The notes beneath the pieces were generated by a model. It made no database searches, was not told the DNA's origin, and saw only the letters and a program-made list of their open reading frames with translations. Of a stretch of 24,126 nt of DNA, positions 1 to 8,017 are shown piece after piece (the stretch's first letter is position 1; every line of letters begins with the position of its first letter). A program made the translations under genes and the position numbers. This DNA comes from a virus. Its lineage: Duplodnaviria; Caudoviricetes. The DNA is taken from positions 1-24,126 of the IMG/VR virus record IMGVR_UViG_3300031519_000224; one strand, given 5' to 3'.

Positions 1-668
1 CCGGCAAGAATACCGCCCGTCACAGCACCAGTGCCAGCGCGTTGCGTCGCTGTGATGCGGCGGGACTGAGGGTCTGTGCCAGCACCATAACCGCTTACAG
101 TGCCTTCCGTACCGCCTGCCAAGGTGCCGCCAAGAATACCTCGCAGAGCCGCACCACCAACACTCATTGCGCGAGCGGGTAGCGCAACCATAGCGGCTGG
201 GATGGCTGTGGTAAGACCGACACCAAGTTGATCGCCAATAGCCTCGCCCGGTCGGGCCTCCATCATTGAATCGGCAGCAAAGCGCTGGGCGGCTGCGGCT
301 TCTGGGCCAAACATCATACCCGTAACCTCATCGGCATATTCACCCACAAACGGGACGCCGCGAATAGCGCTTGCGGCCCGTGTCGCCGCTGGCTGTTCGC
401 GAACTTGCTGTTCTGCAATACCGCGACGAGACGCTTCCCCCGGCGAGAGGGCTTCTGACATGATGTCAGAAATGTGGGATGGGTCACTGGTTGAATATCC
501 CTCAGAGACGTAGCTTTCGGTCCCGCTCTCAATGTTGCGTATAACGACACCACCAGACGCGCTATCTGGTGCGCTCTCACGAATAGCGTCGTAAGCCTGC
601 TGCATGCTGTCGGCTGTTACGGTAGCACTGCGGCCATCCATTGTGAAAACACGATACGTCTGTGCCAT
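1..668 (-). CDS. Internal virion / DNA ejection protein, N-terminal part (runs off the left edge)
   Basis: Not in the ORF track. Manual translation from ATG at 668 is open to position 1 (MAQTYRVFTMDGRSATVTADSMQQAYDAIRESAP...GVPFVGEYADEVTGMMFG...GGAALRGILGGTLAGGTEGTVSGYGAG). Gly/Ala-rich, and starts 4 nt after the previous stop, in the ejection-protein position. Confidence 0.8.
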   Translation of the reverse strand, partial: MAQTYRVFTMDGRSATVTADSMQQAYDAIRESAPDSASGGVVIRNIESGTESYVSEGYSTSDPSHISDIMSEALSPGEASRRGIAEQQVREQPAATRAASAIRGVPFVGEYADEVTGMMFGPEAAAAQRFAADSMMEARPGEAIGDQLGVGLTTAIPAAMVALPARAMSVGGAALRGILGGTLAGGTEGTVSGYGAGTDPQSRRITATQRAGTGAVTGGILA

Positions 669-672
669 TATT

Positions 673-2259
673 TCAATCCCAAGTTACCGTTGTGCTCGTC
701 GTTGTTCCCCCGCCCGATCCGCGCGCACGATCAACGGCGGCTTGCGCAATTCTGCGCATTTCCCGAAGAGTTTCGACGGACCCCAAGGGATTTGACGGGT
801 TAAGATCGCCCTTCATAGACTCTAGTGCTGCGCGTTCCCCGTCAGACAGCGCACCAACACTGACCTCACCAAGAGCCTCAAGCAATGTGCCTGTCTTCAA
901 AGTCGTAATTGCGCCGACAAACTGTTGATATTCGGGCGATTGCAAAGACTTTTCCACAAAACGGCCCGCCGGGGTAACCAGCGTTGGATTTATGATTGGG
1001 TCACCCGTTACGGGGTCAAAGCCCGCAATCAAGAAATCAAGAGACCTATCAATAAGAGGGATCGTTAGACGCTCGGCACCTTCAACCTCTCGCGCTGCCT
1101 CTCCTTGGAGACGGACAAGTTCCGCGCGCCGTTGACGCATGCGCTCTGCCTCTATACGGCTCTGCTCAATCTGCGGCCCATAATCCAAGCCCGTGATACC
1201 GCCAGTCTTCGCGTCTCGTGTGAGTTGGGTGGTCGCCGCGTCGGCCTCCGCGATCTGCTGATCCAAAACGGCAATTTCCTCTGCCGTGCTCATCGGTTGG
1301 CCCGGTGTCGGCACTGGAACCGCGCCCGGTGTCGGCACTGGAACCGCGCCCGGTGTCGGCACTGGAACCGCGCCCGGTGTCGGCACTGGAACCGCGCCCG
1401 GTGTCGGCACTGGAACCGCGCCTGCTGGTGTCGGGGTTTGCGGCATTGCCCCACCACCCATTGCGTCGCGCGTTTGCGCGATCAGGTTTCGATACAGGTT
1501 GGCCGTGGCCTCGTCGCCTGTGGCTTCTGCGAACATCAACGCCTGCTGAAGCTGGAACAGGCTTTCTGCTTGCCCTTGGGTGCGCAACCGCTCACGATCG
1601 CGGGCCGACTCGAAGCCGCCCAGAGCATCGTTGAAATAACTGCTTGATTCCCCCTGCAAAGCAGCCCCCGCATCGCGCAGAGCCGCAAAACCCAGCATCA
1701 TGCGCTGGTTCCGAGACAGATTCGCAAAGGGGTCTGTCTTAGACGTTTCGGGTGCGCCCATAAAGCCACCAAACATGCGGCCAAGGAACCCCTGCGGTTG
1801 CTGCTGCTGCTGTGGATCAGGTGTCATAGCCATCGGTCTTGCTCCTTGCTGCGCGCCCAAGGCGCGTAGAATGCGGTCGCCGTATTCTTGATTATCAATA
1901 AACCCATCACTGCGGGTGGCGGTTTCAGGGGTGTAGTTTTGGCCCGTGAACCACAACGACCCTGCGTTGCGTACGCGCTCTTCAGGCGTCCCGGTGCTTT
2001 GGCCGTAATATTGACCCATGCGCCCCATAAACACAGCGTCCTGCGCGGGTGGATCAGCCAAGAACTCTTGCGGCGTCATGCGTCGGCCAACGTATTGCTC
2101 GGTCCATGACGGCACGTTGAAATCCATGACCTGATACTTGCCGTAAGCGTTGTCGCCCTTGCGGGTTTTTGGCCCAATCTCACCATAATCGTTGCTGCTT
2201 TCAACGTAGCCAAACGCCTGCTGCAACTGCTCAAGGGTATATGGAACAGGCCCGCTCAC
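673..2259 (-). CDS. Internal virion (ejection) protein with N-terminal lysozyme-like / lytic transglycosylase domain
   Basis: N-terminus has a 'VESS' catalytic-Glu-like motif plus AYGKYQ and 'F...P.AQDAVF', typical of lysozyme-fold virion muramidases. The rest is helical and Gln/Ala-rich with a Pro-rich linker. The GTG start overlaps the upstream TAG (TAGTG). Confidence 0.75.
   Translation of the reverse strand: MSGPVPYTLEQLQQAFGYVESSNDYGEIGPKTRKGDNAYGKYQVMDFNVPSWTEQYVGRRMTPQEFLADPPAQDAVFMGRMGQYYGQSTGTPEERVRNAGSLWFTGQNYTPETATRSDGFIDNQEYGDRILRALGAQQGARPMAMTPDPQQQQQPQGFLGRMFGGFMGAPETSKTDPFANLSRNQRMMLGFAALRDAGAALQGESSSYFNDALGGFESARDRERLRTQGQAESLFQLQQALMFAEATGDEATANLYRNLIAQTRDAMGGGAMPQTPTPAGAVPVPTPGAVPVPTPGAVPVPTPGAVPVPTPGAVPVPTPGQPMSTAEEIAVLDQQIAEADAATTQLTRDAKTGGITGLDYGPQIEQSRIEAERMRQRRAELVRLQGEAAREVEGAERLTIPLIDRSLDFLIAGFDPVTGDPIINPTLVTPAGRFVEKSLQSPEYQQFVGAITTLKTGTLLEALGEVSVGALSDGERAALESMKGDLNPSNPLGSVETLREMRRIAQAAVDRARGSGGGTTTSTTVTWD
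1301..1420. repeat. Perfect 24-bp tandem repeat x5 (CCCGGTGTCGGCACTGGAACCGCG) encoding (GAVPVPTP)n
   Basis: Five identical copies read at 1301, 1325, 1349, 1373 and 1397, in frame within 673..2259. Confidence 0.97.
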
Positions 2260-3254
2260 TACGCCGACACCCCCTGCTCAAGCGCCAAACCCTGATAATC
2301 AACGCGCAGGTATCCATCGTCGCCCTCGTAGACTAGGTGGGGATGCGTCTCGGCCAGTTCCTGTGCAATCACGCCCATCGGCGGGGTGTCGTCAGCACCG
2401 ATACGCTTGGCCTCGTCGTTCCATTCCCAGCGATAATACTGCACACCGTTCTCGCGGGTCAGTGGCCGGATGTTCTTCTTGAGGCGGTGATCTGAATACC
2501 CCATAGCCCCAAGACCCTGTCCCGCAGAACCAACGGCACCAAGGATTTGCGCAAATCCCGGTCGGCTTGTTTCGGTGCTGCTTTGCCCGATCAACGGCGC
2601 ACCGACACCCGCCGCCGCACCCAACGCACCAAGCTGCTGCAACGGGAACTGCTGCTGACGCATGAACTCGTTATATGCCGCCTCTAGCGCGGCCTGCTGG
2701 GTCGTCTGCTGTAGCGTACCAAGCTGCTGCATCCCCGCCGCAGCCTGACCAGCGGCTCCTTGGCCCGTCTGCAACTGAGCCATCGTGGCGGCTTGTGCCT
2801 CGTTATAGCCCTGACGCATCAGGTTCGCGATCATCTCGTCACGGCCCAACTCATACTGAGCCTGCCGCTCTGCCTCATAGACACCGCGCCGCTCATTGCC
2901 GAATGCCCCGGCGCGCGTGATGTCTGCCATCTCGCCAGTGCGGGCAACCTCACGCTCGCGGGCCATGCGGGCCAGCGCCGGGTCGAGAACGCTCTGCGTA
3001 TAGCCCGACAGATTGGCTTCGTTCATGGCAGCGTAATCTTGTGGCGTCATGCCAGAGATGTCACCAATCTGTTGGTAATACTGCTGCGCGCCCATCGACA
3101 GTGGCGACACGTCGGCAACCATCTGCCCCTCGTAGGGGGTGAACTCGGTGTCCGCGGCACCCTGCGCGGCAGGGAAGAAGGTGTTGCGGTAGTAGTCCTC
3201 AAGGAACTGAGGAACTTCCGCTCGCGTCGTTGTCTTCTGGCTTCCACTGCCCAT
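2259..3254 (-). CDS. Internal virion / DNA transfer protein with C-terminal Peptidase_S74 (intramolecular chaperone, auto-cleavage) domain
   Basis: Likely start is ATG 3254 (MGSGSQKTTT) with GGAG upstream. Gln/Ala/Gly-rich body. The C-terminus has SDHRLKKNI...YYRWEW...GVIAQEL...V...DGYLRVDY, the S74 signature. Confidence 0.8.
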   Translation of the reverse strand: MGSGSQKTTTRAEVPQFLEDYYRNTFFPAAQGAADTEFTPYEGQMVADVSPLSMGAQQYYQQIGDISGMTPQDYAAMNEANLSGYTQSVLDPALARMAREREVARTGEMADITRAGAFGNERRGVYEAERQAQYELGRDEMIANLMRQGYNEAQAATMAQLQTGQGAAGQAAAGMQQLGTLQQTTQQAALEAAYNEFMRQQQFPLQQLGALGAAAGVGAPLIGQSSTETSRPGFAQILGAVGSAGQGLGAMGYSDHRLKKNIRPLTRENGVQYYRWEWNDEAKRIGADDTPPMGVIAQELAETHPHLVYEGDDGYLRVDYQGLALEQGVSA

Positions 3255-3255
3255 G

Positions 3256-3672
3256 CTATAACTCCATTTCGTAGACGCGGTGCGCCTCTTCGAATCCACA
3301 TTTGGGCGCGTGTTTCACCCACCCAAGCCGCCCGTCGGCAGAAATCCTGTTGCAGTCCATATCCAGTGCGAAGCGCTTTAGCGTATCAAGTGCCTCGTTC
3401 AGCCATCGGGGCATGTCTTTGCCCGCAACGTGCAGAATTTTGAGGATACGACTGCGAGGGTGCTGAAAAACCTCGGTCACTATGACCGCTTTCAACGTGT
3501 CCTCATCGACGATGGCCCAAAGCTGGTTCGCACCAGCATGTAGAGCCGCGTAAATATCTTCGGTCCCAACGTCTCGCGCGATGCGCCGTTGCGACAGGGC
3601 CAGAACAGGCTCTGCAAATTCCCAAACCATGTCGATCTGGTCTTTTGCGATCAACTGCACTCGCGGTGTCAT
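3256..3672 (-). CDS. GNAT-fold-like virion assembly protein (T7 gp13 / P22 gp14 positional analogue)
   Basis: 138 aa with 'QLWAIVD...AVIVTEV..HPRSRILKILHVAG...GRLGW......GF'. Sits immediately upstream of the ejection proteins. Confidence 0.6.
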   Translation of the reverse strand: MTPRVQLIAKDQIDMVWEFAEPVLALSQRRIARDVGTEDIYAALHAGANQLWAIVDEDTLKAVIVTEVFQHPRSRILKILHVAGKDMPRWLNEALDTLKRFALDMDCNRISADGRLGWVKHAPKCGFEEAHRVYEMEL

Positions 3673-3699
3673 AATACCCCATTATTCCTATGGTGTCAC
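3663..3699 (-). promoter_or_regulatory. Sigma70-like promoter (GTGACA-N17-TATTAT) containing a GGTATTATGRYACCRC box
   Basis: -35 GTGACA at 3699-3694, -10 TATTAT at 3676-3671, 17-nt spacer. The -10 overlaps the ATG of 3256..3672. Confidence 0.5.
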
Positions 3700-4352
3700 G
3701 CATTCAGCCTTATGATGCTGATTGTGGCTGCTGGGGTCGCTGGGGCATACGCCGTGGCAGTCGCTGCCTGTAAGAATCCGCTGGTGCTGCTTACGGCCCA
3801 CATGGCCTCCAAATAGTCCCCCGCCGACACAATGAAAGTGGCGGTGCGCGTAACAACTATCGTAGCGCCGTTCTGATGCAGGTTGGCCACCATCGTGCTG
3901 CCCACAACATCACTGCCGTTCACACGGGGCCAGAAGCGGAAGCTAACTGTGCTGCCTGACGTGGAACTGGTCTGAGCGGAAAAAGAGATGCTGTAGTGAC
4001 CACCCTCGGCAAACACGATGCGCGAGGCGGGTGTGCCGTTGGTGATGCCCTCGGACGTTGAGGCTGTAAACGTCAGGGCGTATGCCGTGTTTATAGCCAC
4101 CGCAGTCACGTCAGACGAAATACCACCCTCATAGTGGCCATCCTCAAGGACGATCTGACGCCACTCGTTGTTCTTCGACACAACCGGGTATCCGTTGATG
4201 TCGTCCCACAGAATGATACCGTTTTCGGAGGGGTTATCGTCGGCGCCCTTGAAATTAAGGGTCACAAGCTGGCGCAGCAGAGAGCGCACAAGCTGACCAC
4301 CCCACGCGCGCCAGTCGTCACCGCGCGGCTGCGGTATCTGTGGGGCGCTCAT
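3696..4352 (-). CDS. Virion tail-associated protein with C1q/TNF-like beta-sandwich C-terminus (needle/knob-like)
   Basis: Directly downstream of the nozzle gene (ATGA overlap). The pattern 'SRIVFAEGGHYSISFSAQ...AGDYLEAMW' resembles C1q/BclA-like domains. Confidence 0.5.
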   Translation of the reverse strand: MSAPQIPQPRGDDWRAWGGQLVRSLLRQLVTLNFKGADDNPSENGIILWDDINGYPVVSKNNEWRQIVLEDGHYEGGISSDVTAVAINTAYALTFTASTSEGITNGTPASRIVFAEGGHYSISFSAQTSSTSGSTVSFRFWPRVNGSDVVGSTMVANLHQNGATIVVTRTATFIVSAGDYLEAMWAVSSTSGFLQAATATAYAPATPAATISIIRLNA

Positions 4353-5827
4353 CGCCTCCCAGCCTCTGTCGTGTCAATGCGGGGGATGCCAAAGCGCCAC
4401 CCACTGAGGCTGGCCCCGGTGACACGCATACGCGCCTGCCGACCGCTGAAACGGATGCTGGTCGGGTTGGACATCGTGTATGGGCCGAACTCGCTTTCGG
4501 GCGCGTTGGGGTAGAGGCGCGTCTTGAACGTTAAGGTCACGTCGCCTTGGGTCGCCTCGTCGGGGTATAGCTTGTGCGCGTTCAGCAGGCGCTCCCCGTT
4601 CCCCAGCATGGCGGGACCGCTCTCGGCATAGACCTCCGCACCGCCGTAGGTGAAGCCCGTTTCGTGGTCGTATAGATCGCCAGTGTCGTCGCTGTAGATG
4701 GGTGTGCGGAACACACCACGGTCAAAGCCCGCCGTGCGGGACATTTTGCCGATCAGCCAATGGTTGCGCTTGTAATCGTAAGCCACATAGCTGTCGATTT
4801 CGTTTGACCCCGACGAGCAATAGAACCACCACACCTCGCCGTGCTGACCATTTGATGTGGCCCACGCCTTGCTGATTTGCGCAGTGTTGATGTCGCTGAA
4901 CACTGCGTCGTGAACCTCGCAGGGCGACTCCTGCACGTTCTGACCATCAAAGCGGAAAAACCCGCGCTGGCCCATCCAGAACACGCCCGCGTCCGTCGCG
5001 GCAATCGCTTTACGGGCAGCAAGCCCGCACGATGAGCCGACGCGCTCCCATTGATAAACAAAGGGTGGACCGACATAGATCGCGCGGTGGGCGTCAATGT
5101 CGGTGACGACAAGCGTCTGGCCATCAGCCCTGACCCCGGCCATAATCTGACCAGCCGTTTGGAGGGTCTGGCTACCTGCTTGGTTCGTGGCTGCGGCTGT
5201 CCATGTCGTGTTGTCCTCTTGGTTACACCACGCAATCTTCCGGGGGTCGCTGTCAGCGCCCAGCGCAAACAAGAAACGCTCTTCGGTCACTACAAGGCCG
5301 ACACAGCCCGTGGGCGAGTTAGTGATCTGCGCGGCATCAACCCCCGTGTTTAGCTGCCACTCATATAGCTTGCCGTCCGCAACGCTACACGCAACGAGAT
5401 ACTGCCCGAAGCTGTCAAGCGACCACGTTGTTGCCTCGGAGAAATTCCCGGTGTCGGGTCGGATAGTGCCGTAGTTGCCTGAACCGAAAAACCCGCCCCC
5501 GTATCCAGTGTTCACCGCAGCGTCTTCCAGACCCGCTGTAAGACCAGCAGGCGTGATGTCAGAGACAACCCCACCGCTCGTTACAACCTTCAGCGCGTTA
5601 TAGGTGCCACCCGCAATCCAGCGCGACCCGACGTTGTCTTGCCAACCAAGCAAGGCGCGAGGCGCTGCGCTGAACATGCTAGCCACCCGCTCGCGCCACC
5701 CGCCGACGGGTCGCAAGCTGCCCTCACGCCAACGAACCAAGCTACCGTCTCGCCAACGTCCCGCGCCCTCAAGGTCGGTGCCGTTGCGAAAGAAGCCGGG
5801 GGGAATGTCCAGCGAGATTAGGGGCAT
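4349..5827 (-). CDS. Tail nozzle / packaged-DNA stabilisation protein (P22 gp10 / tubular protein B-like)
   Basis: 492 aa, beta-propeller-like, Trp/Gly/Asp-rich (VFWMGQRGFFRFDG, EVWWFY..S.S.EIDSYV.Y). Typical podovirus position. Confidence 0.75.
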   Translation of the reverse strand: MPLISLDIPPGFFRNGTDLEGAGRWRDGSLVRWREGSLRPVGGWRERVASMFSAAPRALLGWQDNVGSRWIAGGTYNALKVVTSGGVVSDITPAGLTAGLEDAAVNTGYGGGFFGSGNYGTIRPDTGNFSEATTWSLDSFGQYLVACSVADGKLYEWQLNTGVDAAQITNSPTGCVGLVVTEERFLFALGADSDPRKIAWCNQEDNTTWTAAATNQAGSQTLQTAGQIMAGVRADGQTLVVTDIDAHRAIYVGPPFVYQWERVGSSCGLAARKAIAATDAGVFWMGQRGFFRFDGQNVQESPCEVHDAVFSDINTAQISKAWATSNGQHGEVWWFYCSSGSNEIDSYVAYDYKRNHWLIGKMSRTAGFDRGVFRTPIYSDDTGDLYDHETGFTYGGAEVYAESGPAMLGNGERLLNAHKLYPDEATQGDVTLTFKTRLYPNAPESEFGPYTMSNPTSIRFSGRQARMRVTGASLSGWRFGIPRIDTTEAGRR

Positions 5828-6904
5828 TTACTTTAACAATCCATACATCGTAATCGTTCCAGAGGCCAAAGTGCCTGACTGTGCAAAGAATTGAATCGCG
5901 TCAACAACCCTTGCGGCTTGGTAATAACCGTGAACTACCGCACTGTATCGGCTGCCACCATTGCTCTCCCACATGGCCGTGCCGCCAAGAATCGTGGAAG
6001 CCGACAGGCTTGGCTCATATAAGTTTAACGTAGCAGACAAACCTAACTTGGCAGTGTCAGAGTCCACGGCGTTTGCAATCATAAGTTTAGAATCGTTTGT
6101 TGCGTTTTCGCTAAAATCATTAAGGTTTGTTCTGCCGCCCGACAATGAATAGTCGTAATCATTAGCGCTAATAAACGTAGAACCACCATTCGAAGAAAAG
6201 CGAGCAAAAATAGATTCGCCATCTGCAGTTGGCCTAATGGCGCTAATCGTAAACACATATTGACTGTAAAGCGAGGCATCAAACTCAGTGAAGTTTAACG
6301 ATGCACTTGCGCTTGCGACCTTGGTGGCAAGGCGAACCATACCAGATTGCGAAGCATCGACATACGCTTTCACGCTTTGCTGCGAGGGCGCTTCTGTGGC
6401 GCTGTCTGACGCCATGTCATCTTCATCAAGAATCAAGTAGTCGCGCACGTCAGTCATGGCGATCTGAACCATCGTGCCATCGTCGTTGGCAACAAGGCGA
6501 TCACCGTCAACCAAAGTCGTCGCAGTAGCAGCGGTGTCACCATCAAGGATGTTGACCTCGGCGACCGTGACCGTTGCCCCGTCGAGGATGTTCAACTCGG
6601 CGACGGTTGATGTCAGCCCGTTAAAATCCGTCAGCGTCCATGTCACACCGTCGAGCAGGTTCAACTCGGCGACGGTTGATGTCAGCCCGTTAAAATCCGT
6701 CAGCGTCCACGTCACGCCATCAAGCAGGTTCAACTCAGCCGTAGTGACTGTCGCCCCATCAAGAATGGCGAACTCAGTCGCGTTTGTGCCACCGAGGAGC
6801 GTGTCGAGGTCGGACCAGTTGCTGTTGAGGTATCCACCCCACGCATCCTCGTCGCCGCCGAGCGTGGGAAGGTTCCAACTATAGTTTGTCGTGCTACTGG
6901 GCAT
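5828..6904 (-). CDS. Tail fibre / receptor-binding protein
   Basis: N-terminal anchor-like 'TTNYSWNLPTLGGDEDAWG..LN.NW..LD', repeated AELN(L/I)LDG motifs, a 'SQQSVKAYVD' motif and a beta-rich C-terminal domain ending SGTITMYG. AAGGAG RBS. Confidence 0.75.
   Translation of the reverse strand: MPSSTTNYSWNLPTLGGDEDAWGGYLNSNWSDLDTLLGGTNATEFAILDGATVTTAELNLLDGVTWTLTDFNGLTSTVAELNLLDGVTWTLTDFNGLTSTVAELNILDGATVTVAEVNILDGDTAATATTLVDGDRLVANDDGTMVQIAMTDVRDYLILDEDDMASDSATEAPSQQSVKAYVDASQSGMVRLATKVASASASLNFTEFDASLYSQYVFTISAIRPTADGESIFARFSSNGGSTFISANDYDYSLSGGRTNLNDFSENATNDSKLMIANAVDSDTAKLGLSATLNLYEPSLSASTILGGTAMWESNGGSRYSAVVHGYYQAARVVDAIQFFAQSGTLASGTITMYGLLK
6590..6737. repeat. 69-bp-period duplication encoding (AELNLLDGVTWTLTDFNGLTSTV)x2 in the tail fibre
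   Basis: GTTCAACTCGGCGACGGTTGATGTCAGCCCGTTAAAATCCGTCAGCGTCCA is identical at 6590 and 6659. Confidence 0.92.
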
Positions 6905-6917
6905 GGGTCATCTCCTT

Positions 6918-6954
6918 GTGGTGCCATAATACCCCACAGGAGGGGTCAAGTAAA
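6918..6954 (-). promoter_or_regulatory. Sigma70-like promoter (TTTACT-N17-TATTAT) containing a GGTATTATGRYACCRC box
   Basis: Intergenic. -35 at 6954-6949, -10 at 6931-6926, then AAGGAG RBS and ATG 6904. Confidence 0.55.
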
Positions 6955-6960
6955 TCAGGG

Positions 6961-7155
6961 TTAAGTGCAAGCCCCAGTCAGGCTTACGTCAACATTCGCC
7001 ACCCATTCCCCAAGCGGCGTATCCGGCAGCGGCCTCGGCATTGATGGGCGCGCAACTTCATACGTCAGGCATCCGGCATCACTGCCACCGCCCGTCATTA
7101 GCCCGCACCCTGTCATCGGGAGTGCCACTAGAATTACGAAGGGCATCCTGCCCAT
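6961..7155 (-). CDS. Putative o-spanin (Rz1-like lipoprotein)
   Basis: From ATG 7155: MGRMPFVILVALPMTG-C, a signal peptide with a lipobox-like Cys and a Pro-rich mature part. Overlaps the 3' end of the i-spanin in another frame. Confidence 0.65.
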   Translation of the reverse strand: MGRMPFVILVALPMTGCGLMTGGGSDAGCLTYEVARPSMPRPLPDTPLGEWVANVDVSLTGACT

Positions 7156-7294
7156 CCATGAAGTCGTTGAGTGTGCGCTCTGCATTAGCTTGTTGCTCCT
7201 CTCGTTTGCCTTGCTGCCGACCAAGCGGCCTACCGATAAGGAAGCCTAGAAGCGCAGCAAGCACAGCAGCAATGCCAACAAGCACCTCAGTCAT
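7079..7294 (-). CDS. Putative i-spanin (Rz-like)
   Basis: From ATG 7294: one N-terminal TM helix (EVLVGIAAVLAALLGFLIG) then a charged helical segment. Follows endolysin and holin, overlaps the lipoprotein ORF. Confidence 0.65.
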   Translation of the reverse strand: MTEVLVGIAAVLAALLGFLIGRPLGRQQGKREEQQANAERTLNDFMDGQDALRNSSGTPDDRVRANDGRWQ

Positions 7295-7481
7295 TAGCCC
7301 TGCCCACAGGTGTCGTTGTCTTGTAGCGCAGCACAACATTCACCAGCGCATAGGCCATCATCCAGTAAGGCATCCACTCGTTAGGTATAGAGTAGCCCGT
7401 CCCGCTCACAGACATAACCTGATCCATAGCCAACACAACAGCGTTCAGCACGTTCCATGCGATTGTGCGCCATCCCTTCAT
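7287..7481 (-). CDS. Putative holin (two TM segments)
   Basis: 64 aa, 'MKGWRTIAWN...ALVNVVLRYKTTTPVG', two hydrophobic segments, overlaps the endolysin stop. Confidence 0.6.
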   Translation of the reverse strand: MKGWRTIAWNVLNAVVLAMDQVMSVSGTGYSIPNEWMPYWMMAYALVNVVLRYKTTTPVGRAND

Positions 7482-8017
7482 GCGGGGCCACCTTTGCTTA
7501 GGAAAGAGAACAGGCGGTTAAGTAAAGCAACCAACGGGCTTTCACCAGTAGGCGTATCGGTCGGCGGTTGAAGAGGGCCGAACTGACGACGAATAGAAAG
7601 CAGGCGATCAACAGGATAGGGCGATCTGTTGACTTCGTTGTTCTGATTGCCGCCAAGAACAATGATGTCATCGCCCCGCTTACCATCGAAGAAGCCAACG
7701 TGACCCTGCCAGCCGTGCCGATCACCGCGCCAAAACACAACGATGTCACCATGCTCTGCGCTCTGCAAAGAAACAGGCTCGCCCCAGTTAATATAACTAC
7801 GGGCGTTCAGCTTGCGAGTAGATTCAAGACCAGCGCGTTGAAGCATGGCACCAACGAAAGACGCGCACCACGGCGTCTCATCGTCCTCGACCCACTCGTG
7901 GCCGACCTCGGCGGCGAAAGAAACAATCTCTTGGTTGTGAACTGCGCCACGCTTTTCTTTGAGGCCTAGTTTTTTCTTGGCAAGAATGTAAGCGTTTCGC
8001 TGACGGTAGTCCATCAC
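7478..8017 (-). CDS. Endolysin, TIGR02594-type NlpC/P60 (CHAP-like) peptidase
   Basis: DDETPWCASFV catalytic Cys motif, ARSY..WG, GDIVVFWRG, GHVGF catalytic His and LGGNQ. Confidence 0.9.
   Translation of the reverse strand: MMDYRQRNAYILAKKKLGLKEKRGAVHNQEIVSFAAEVGHEWVEDDETPWCASFVGAMLQRAGLESTRKLNARSYINWGEPVSLQSAEHGDIVVFWRGDRHGWQGHVGFFDGKRGDDIIVLGGNQNNEVNRSPYPVDRLLSIRRQFGPLQPPTDTPTGESPLVALLNRLFSFLSKGGPA

Noticed and set aside
314-580. 88-aa minus-strand ORF in the track
   Set aside because: Out-of-frame overlap with the longer open frame starting at ATG 668.
1301-1420. Possible CRISPR array
   Set aside because: Repeats are contiguous with no spacers, lie in frame in a CDS, and there are no cas genes.
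1105-1647. Plus-strand ORFs with (RARCRHWN)n, (GVGTGTAP)n or (SALEPRPV)n repeats
   Set aside because: Alternative readings of the 24-bp tandem repeat; the real frame is the minus-strand 528-aa protein.
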